Both the position numbers and the translations under genes were made by a program. A stretch of DNA of 5,471 nt, taken from Zygophlyctis sp. KS116 (lineage: Eukaryota > Fungi > Chytridiomycota). The DNA is taken from NCBI GenBank assembly GCA_054661495.1, contig BAAFSQ010000478.1:1-5471 (forward strand), in the 5' to 3' direction. Below the pieces are notes generated by a model. It was not told the origin of the DNA and did no database searches. It saw nothing but the letters and a program-made list of their open reading frames with translations. Of the stretch, positions 1 through 5,471 are shown piece by piece. Within the stretch, counting starts at the first letter, position 1. Each line of letters starts with the position of its first letter.

Positions 1-693
1 TTCTGATACTGCACCTTGAGGCTCTGCTAATTTGAGTCTTGTTAAATGAAAATCATTAATCCTTTTTAGAGAAGCCTCTGATAGTTGTGTTGTATCATTT
101 TCTTTCCATTTTGAAGATGCAATCTCTAATTTTTTAGCCATTTTAGTCAATGTTTGCTATTCACTTTAATTAAATCTAATTACATTCAACATATTTTCAA
201 ATTCTCTAGTTATGAATGCAATTTTTGAAGCTTGATCTTCAATCAACAAGTCTTTATAGACAATTGTTTTTTCGTATTCCATTGTAGATTCTCGAATGCC
301 ATTTTCGAGCCTTTCAATCTTACTTGTAATCAGTATCATAAAATTACCTTGTTAACGAGTTATTTTGAGTTTCTAAATTTCTAGTCCTTGTTAATAATTC
401 AGATTGCATTAATTTATATTGTCTTGACATATCTGAAGTTAAATCAAACTGATCTATATTCTTTTTTTCCATCTTTTCTTCTAGTCCCTGTATACGTAAA
501 TTCTGTAGCTGCATCTGATCTTTAAGACGATTAATAATATCATTTTTGATTGCTATAATAGATTTAATTACAATAAAATACCCAATTCTCTACTTAATGC
601 ATCTATTTCTAGATTTGATTTTATCAATAGATCACTCGGTTCTAAAGTATCGACACCTTTTGCTTTTGTACTCTTTTTCTTCTTTGGAGGCAT
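1..693 (-). CDS. CCDC153: CCDC153/DRC12-like coiled-coil protein (putative flagellar dynein regulatory complex-associated); 3' end runs off the window. Exons 693-582, 552-348, 322-184, 156-<1
   Basis: Manual splicing of three GT-AG introns gives 204 uninterrupted codons: MPPKKKKSTKAKGVDTLEPSDLLIKSNLEIDALSRELAIKNDIINRLKDQMQLQNLRIQGLEEKMEKKNIDQFDLTSDMSRQYKLMQSELLTRTRNLETQNNSLTSKIERLENGIRESTMEYEKTIVYKDLLIEDQASKIAFITREFENMLNQTLTKMAKKLEIASSKWKENDTTQLSEASLKRINDFHLTRLKLAEPQGAVSE. The MPPKKK start, DMSRQYK.MQ motif, EFE.ML..TL.KM...L......W segment and ~200-aa size match my recollection of the CCDC153 family. No search was run. Confidence 0.75.
157..183 (-). other. Spliceosomal intron, 27 nt (CCDC153-like intron 3, phase 0)
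   Basis: gtaattagatttaattaaagtgaatag; contains an in-frame TAA; removal joins MLN|QTL. Confidence 0.85.
323..347 (-). other. Spliceosomal intron, 25 nt (CCDC153-like intron 2, phase 2, AAG acceptor)
   Basis: gtaattttatgatactgattacaag; branch-like CTGAT; removal restores the frame LT-S-KIERLE. Confidence 0.8.
553..581 (-). other. Spliceosomal intron, 29 nt (CCDC153-like intron 1, phase 1)
   Basis: gtattttattgtaattaaatctattatag; removal restores the frame REL-A-IKND. Confidence 0.85.
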
Positions 694-938
694 GATTGCT
701 ATTTATAATTACTGGAAAATTCCTAATTTTGGACGTTCGGACATTAACGGACGCGAAAGGATCTTCTAGTTCATTGATTTCTCTTGATTTTATAGTCTAG
801 AGTCTACAATCCCTAACCAAAAATAAACATGATAAGATTAAAGAGTGCACAGAGATCTTGTATAGACCATTCAAGACATTGTAGAGAAACCAGAGCATTA
901 AGTTTGAGTTAATTCACCTAGACACGAGGCGGTCGCGA
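694..938. promoter_or_regulatory. Divergent (bidirectional) promoter region between the CCDC153-like gene and ERG25, 245 nt
   Basis: Head-to-head start codons at 693(-) and 939(+). Contains a locally GC-rich patch at 731-760 with GGAC three times and ACGCGAAA. Confidence 0.6.
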
Positions 939-1853
939 ATGAATTCATCCGTTTTGATTGATATTCCTAAAAACTATACTCCTACATACCTAGAATCAAT
1001 ATGGCTAGATTTATTCAAGGATTCTCAATATCCGGGAATAAAGCTGGCGGTCGTTCTCTTTATTTGGCATGAATTCATTTTTATTGGAAGATATATTCCA
1101 TTCTTGATCTGCGATTACATTCCTTACTTTCGACAATACAAAATACAAGAAAAGGAAAATTCAAGAGAAGCCATGTTAAAATGTGTCAAGCATGTACTAT
1201 TAGCCCAAGTTTTTGTTGAATTACCAATGATGATGTTTTTTCATCCTGTAGCGATAAGTCTTGGAATGAAGTTTTTGTCGGTTCCGTTTCCTTCAATGTA
1301 ATTTTAATAGAAATCTAAGACTTTTTAGAATGGCTATTGTGGCTGCTAATATCTTTTTCCTATTCATGGAAGATTTTTATCAATATTTTGCTCATAGATT
1401 ACTTCATTATGGAGCTTTCTACAAGAAAATACACAAGATGCACCATGAATATTCTGCGCCTTTCGGATTAGCTGCGCAGTATGCGCATCCAGCAGAGACT
1501 TTAATTCTTGGACTAGGATTCTTTTTGGGACCATTTATTTGGGTATATTTTACAGCTGATCTACATGTAATGACAATGGGAATATGGTTGGCGGTGAGGT
1601 TATTGCAAGTAGTTGATTCTCATTCAGGCTATGATTTTCCATGGGTATAATTTTTTATAATCTTAATTACTAGTCATTGCATAACTTTTTGCCATTTTGG
1701 GCTGGAGCGGATTTTCATGATTATCATCATCGCGCTTTTGTTGGGAATTATTCTTCTTCTTTTAGATGGTGGGATTGGATTTGTGGGACTGATACTGCGT
1801 ATGCTGTGTTTAAACAAAAGTCAATGTCTAAGAAGGCTAGAAAAATTGAATAA
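939..1853 (+). CDS. ERG25: C-4 methylsterol oxidase (fatty acid hydroxylase/sterol desaturase superfamily), 284 aa. Exons 939-1297, 1329-1644, 1674-1853
   Basis: Three His boxes HRLLH, HKMHH and HDYHH. Family motifs [26 protein letters not shown]|[19 protein letters not shown] and [17 protein letters not shown]. Basic C-terminus KKARKIE*, resembling an ER-retrieval signal. The third exon is missing from the ORF track. Confidence 0.95.
1298..1328 (+). other. Spliceosomal intron, 31 nt (ERG25 intron 1, phase 2)
   Basis: gtaattttaatagaaatctaagactttttag; branch-like CTAAG; joins VPFPS-I-MAIV in frame. Confidence 0.85.
1645..1673 (+). other. Spliceosomal intron, 29 nt (ERG25 intron 2, phase 0)
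   Basis: gtataattttttataatcttaattactag; restores the conserved YDFPW|SL. Confidence 0.95.
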
Positions 1854-1921
1854 AAAGTTTCAGAATAAAAATCATTTAATGTAAAGTATTTGATCATGAT
1901 CGGACAAGGATTTTTAGAAAA

Positions 1922-3156
1922 ATGAAGCGATTTGTTCGGTTTTCATCTAATTTAAGAACTGGTTTATATGATTTTCATGTTGCAAACAAGGCTAAAATGG
2001 TACCTTTTGCTGGATGGATGATGCCAGTAAACTATGAGGGAATGGGTGCTATTGCTTCACATATGCATTGTAGAAATAATGCGTCGCTGTTTGATGTTTC
2101 TCATATGTTACAAACTGTATTTTTGTATTTTAATTATAGTCATGGACTGGTAAAGATGCTATCCGGTTTGTGGAAACGCTTGTCGTTGGTGATATTCAGG
2201 GACTTGAAAAGTCTCATTCTGCGCTCTCGTTATTTACTACAAAAACCGGTGGAATATTAGATGATACAGTTATTCATAGACATGAAGATGGAGAATCGCT
2301 CTATGTAGTATCAAATGCTGGTACTTCTGAAAAGGTTTTGCCACATCTAATGGATCACTTAAAACACTTTCAAAATAAGGGAGGTGATGTACAAATTAAT
2401 GTTTTGAAAGAGTCGTCGTTAGTTGCTTTACAAGGTTTTTTAAATTAACATAAATAGTATAGGACCAAAATCAGTCAAGGTATTAAAGGATTTGGGAGTT
2501 GAACTTGATTTTTCAAGATTTTCTTTTATGTCTGGTAGAAAAACGGTTGTATCAGGTTTAGAGGTTTTTATATCGAGATGTGGCTATACAGGAGAAGATG
2601 GGTTTGAAATTCGCGTTGATAACAGTGATGTGGTGAGACTATCTGAATTACTGTTAAAGCATGAATCTGTGGAACTGGCTGGTCTAGGTGCAAGAGACAG
2701 TCTGCGACTGGAAGCTGGGTTATGTCTGTACGGTCATGACTTGAATGAGTCGATAAATCCAGTAGAAGCGGGCCTTGTTTGGACAATAGGAAAGAGAAGA
2801 AGATCTGAAGGTGGATTTCTTGGAGATAATATTATTTTACCGCTCTTAAAGAATGGAGTTGCTCAAAAGAGAGTTGGATTGATGATAGATGGGGCTCCAG
2901 CAAGAGGTAAAAGTAAATTTAGAAAGGCTGAATAATAGAGGGTGCTGAAATTTTGGATGCAAATGGAGAAAATGTTGGGATTGTTACAAGTGGATGTCCA
3001 TCTCCAACTCTTAAAAAGAATATTGCTATGGGTTATATTAAAACTGGACTATCGAAAGCAGGGACTTCTTGTCTAGTTAAAGTTCGAGGAAAATCTCAAA
3101 AATCAACAGTCGTCAAGATGCCATTTGTGCCTCATCATTATTATCGTGACTCTTAA
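1922..3156 (+). CDS. GCV1: Mitochondrial aminomethyltransferase (glycine cleavage system T protein), 383 aa. Exons 1922-2116, 2140-2434, 2463-2906, 2939-3156
   Basis: Motifs [98 protein letters not shown] and KMPFVP. Three introns join four ORF-track fragments into one frame of 1152 nt. Confidence 0.96.
2117..2139 (+). other. Spliceosomal intron, 23 nt (GCV1 intron 1, phase 0)
   Basis: gtatttttgtattttaattatag; joins SHMLQT|[12 protein letters not shown], matching the T-protein pattern HM.Q...G.DA..F.E. Confidence 0.9.
2435..2462 (+). other. Spliceosomal intron, 28 nt (GCV1 intron 2, phase 1, GTTTTT donor)
   Basis: gttttttaaattaacataaatagtatag; restores the highly conserved ALQGP. Confidence 0.93.
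2907..2938 (+). other. Spliceosomal intron, 32 nt (GCV1 intron 3, phase 1)
   Basis: gtaaaagtaaatttagaaaggctgaataatag; restores GAPAR-E-GAEIL. Confidence 0.92.
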
Positions 3157-3188
3157 GATTTGCTAATATTATCAATTTTTATAAGCAT

Positions 3189-5335
3189 TTATTTATTTTC
3201 TAGCCATTCTAACTTTTCCTTTAATTCCAAGTCCTTAATTTCAAAAATAGGCAAGGGGTGAGCTTCAGTATTGATCACGTATTGGTCCAGAGGTATTATC
3301 ACTTTATCTGAAAAAAGCAAATAAAAATATTTGAGAGTTTCGCTCAAGAAAAATGATTCCATCTTATCTCTCAACGCAGGTGGAACCATGGTAACATCCA
3401 TCTAAACAGTGAATGAGTATAAATAATTTACCAGAGATGAATATCCTCCTGTTTCAACTCGTGTCCATTTCTCAAAAGCTTCAAACATCTTCCATCCCAT
3501 CTCCCTATATATTTCTTTTCCAGTGATTTGATACAATATAAAAATAGATTCTATCGTTTCAGGACGTAACAGATTATGTTTATCTCCATTTGAAATGGTA
3601 AAATCGACCATTTTATGAGCCTCGATTGGTACTGTATGTCTAGAAATCGTAGCCTTGCTGGAATTATTTTTAGATAACAAATGTTTCTGAAGTATTTCTA
3701 CCCCTGCATCCTCGATTTTTTTTTCATCTGCCTTCAGAGCATATGTTTTCTTTTCAGAAGCCATCTTTGCAGCAGGTTCACTTTCATGACGACGAATATC
3801 AGATACACTTTCATCACGAACATTATCATCATCTCCTCTAGATTTCTTACCAGCAGGGTCTCTTGCGTAATGTTTCTTTTCATTAGCCTTCTTTGAATCA
3901 AGTTTTATTCCATTAGTTTTCTTTCCAGCAGCTTCATATTTAAAATCTCTTTTTGCAATATCACTTTCATCAAGAACATTATCAGCATGATAATTTTCAG
4001 GAATATCCATCGTTTTTGCATTCCATGATACAACTTCAGGAGAAAGACCTGTAGGAGTTTGATTATACGTTTCATAACACGCTTTCACCAACTCCTCTGC
4101 AAGATCCAAATCATTTTGTTCTTTCTCAGAGAGTTTAATTCCTGATGATAATGGTTTTCCTTTTGTAGCTGCTATAGCCAAAGTTCCTGGGAAAAAACAA
4201 ACCAAATGATCCATTTTCGGACTAAAATGCCCATTTACACCTACAGGCCTTTCACCAATAAAAAGCAGATTATTTGGAGATGAAATCCCTAATAATTTCT
4301 GTCTAATTCCATTCACTGCAATATCCCATTCTTCTTGATACCTAGGCTCTGTAAAACTTGTCTGTAAGTATTGTTTAGCTAAATATTCATAATAAGAGTC
4401 TGATCGACTTCCTAATCTTAAGTGATTGTTATAAAAATCTCCAGAATTATAACTTAAATAGTAAGGTACTAATCCAAAAGGTCTATCTAAACTAAAAACA
4501 TGTTTCATAATCGTTTGTGCTGCATTCCAATATTTCGGATCTTTAGTCAAAAAAGTCAAATATTTAAATTCCAACTGAATTGTAGTAGCTTCAGAAACCG
4601 AAACAACATGATCCGCAACTCCCTTCATTACAGCAAAATTAATAGACGTTGCCGGTAATGGAGTTGGAGTATTTTCAAAAGCCAACATTAAAATATCCCC
4701 AATTTCTACTGCTTTTTCCAAATACAATTTATCACTTGTCATATTATATCCTGATAAAAACGCTCCCAAAATCCTGATTATAAGTTCAAAAACATTTGAT
4801 AGCCCATCATGATTATACTTTAAAGAATTTACACAATACTTTTTAATTTTATCTGTGACTTCAGGCAGTTCCATTATAATAGACGTATCTAGAGAATCTA
4901 TAGCAGTTAATCCCAATCCAAACCAATTATCCTCATGCGTGCGTGAGACTGGTTTTAATTCATCAAATCCCCATGCATACTCTTCATACCCATTCCAAGC
5001 TTATTTTAGAATTATTGATACTTACCATGAATAAATGCATCCTTTACAGCCTTCAATCTATGATTATTTGAGTCTTTTAAGAATTGGCGAGTAGAGTCAT
5101 TTCCTTGTAAAACGGGATGCAACGATTGCCCAGAATTATCATTAAAATCGTTAGACTTAGCCATTATCGTCCCTAAATAAACCATTGCCGCTCCAGCGAC
5201 CAACAATAGTAAAAACGACGAGAGTCTCCAACATCTTCTCGCATTGCAAAACAACACTTGCAAGTAGTAAAGGAGCGAATGATGATGTCTCTGATAGTTG
5301 TTACTCAGATTGTTATTATCAAGTGGAGATCTCAT
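3189..5335 (-). CDS. MNS1: Class I alpha-1,2-mannosidase (glycoside hydrolase family 47), type II membrane protein, 696 aa. Exons 5335-5026, 4999-3432, 3401-3189
   Basis: N-terminal hydrophobic anchor [23 protein letters not shown]47 motifs [90 protein letters not shown] and NTEAHP. Confidence 0.93.
3402..3431 (-). other. Spliceosomal intron, 30 nt (MNS1 intron 2, phase 0)
   Basis: gtaaattatttatactcattcactgtttag; the acceptor TAG is itself the in-frame stop; removal joins GGYSSL|MDVT. Confidence 0.9.
3779..3988 (-). repeat. Intragenic direct repeats within the MNS1 insertion
   Basis: 3806-3832 cactttcatcacgaacattatcatcat and 3962-3988 cactttcatcaagaacattatcagcat are 25/27 identical and 156 nt (52 codons) apart. 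A more diverged adjacent copy at 3779-3805 matches 3806-3832 at 19/27. Confidence 0.85.
5000..5025 (-). other. Spliceosomal intron, 26 nt (MNS1 intron 1, phase 1, AAG acceptor)
   Basis: gtaagtatcaataattctaaaataag; canonical GTAAGT donor, branch-like CTAAA; restores the conserved FIHAWNGY. Confidence 0.95.
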
Positions 5336-5352
5336 TTTAAAAAAGCCAATAA

Positions 5353-5471
5353 TTAATCTTTAAAGGCCAAATTTGCCAAATGTTCTTCCTTTTCCCTGGC
5401 AATCTTCTTTTGAGCTTCCGATGCATAACTAGAAATAAGATTTAAAATGAATTACGGTGTCCATAGATTAT
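5353..5471 (-). CDS. 3' end of an unidentified protein-coding gene. Exons >5471-5456 and 5428-5353; ...NLWTPYASEAQKKIAREKEEHLANLAFKD*
   Basis: Coding-like composition and an open frame across a 27-nt GT-AG intron of the same style as the others; ends in TAA at 5355-5353. Too short to assign to a family. Confidence 0.6.
5429..5455 (-). other. Spliceosomal intron, 27 nt (unidentified gene, phase 2)
   Basis: gtaattcattttaaatcttatttctag; GTAATT donor as in other introns here; gives an in-frame TAA if retained. Confidence 0.65.

Noticed and set aside
860-884. Possible 25-nt GT-AG intron (gtatag...tgtag) upstream of ERG25
   Set aside because: No coding constraint supports it, it is less AT-rich than the supported introns, and splicing would just create a TAG in the uORF.
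1298-1310. Alternative 13-nt intron (gtaattttaatag) that also keeps the ERG25 frame
   Set aside because: Far below the 23-32 nt range seen here. The 31-nt form has a branch-like CTAAG and a T-rich acceptor.
2140-2260. C-terminal part of the 1922-2260 ORF as a real protein tail
   Set aside because: It is out-of-frame read-through of the 23-nt intron. The conserved T-protein sequence continues in the other frame.
2568-2786. 72-aa minus-strand ORF
   Set aside because: Antisense shadow of a highly conserved GCV1 exon; no recognisable motifs.
3681-3896. 71-aa hydrophobic plus-strand ORF
   Set aside because: Antisense to the Lys/Glu-rich MNS1 insertion. The Phe/Ile/Leu richness is the expected complement of A-rich codons.
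3779-3988. 27-nt repeats as a CRISPR array or transposon ends
   Set aside because: They are in-frame coding repeats in a eukaryotic gene with irregular spacing. There is no cas or transposase gene and no inverted termini.
939-5335. Fragmented ORFs read as pseudogenes, programmed frameshifts or stop-codon reassignment
   Set aside because: Every break is explained by an AT-rich GT-AG segment whose removal restores conserved motifs exactly. The standard code translates all exons without internal stops.
1-5471. Functional gene cluster
   Set aside because: Flagellar, sterol, glycine-cleavage and N-glycan-trimming genes share no pathway. Their proximity is explained by genome compaction.

Overview
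AT-rich, very compact eukaryotic DNA, most likely from a zoosporic (flagellated) fungus. This is an inference from fungal-type ERG25/MNS1 sequences next to a motile-cilium gene. The ORF track is fragmented because every gene is split by tiny GT-AG introns. I reconstructed 11 introns of 23-32 nt by hand. Splicing them gives five genes: a CCDC153/DRC12-like coiled-coil protein (- strand, 693 to <1, absent from the ORF track), C-4 methylsterol oxidase ERG25 (+, 939-1853), glycine cleavage T protein GCV1 (+, 1922-3156), GH47 alpha-1,2-mannosidase MNS1 (-, 5335-3189) with a ~138-aa internally repeated insertion, and the 3' end of an unidentified gene (-, >5471-5353). Spacers between coding regions are only 245, 68, 32 and 17 nt. 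I found no mobile element, RNA gene or CRISPR array. The gene families are known; the unusual parts are the genome architecture (micro-introns, near-abutting genes), the MNS1 insertion and candidate uORFs.
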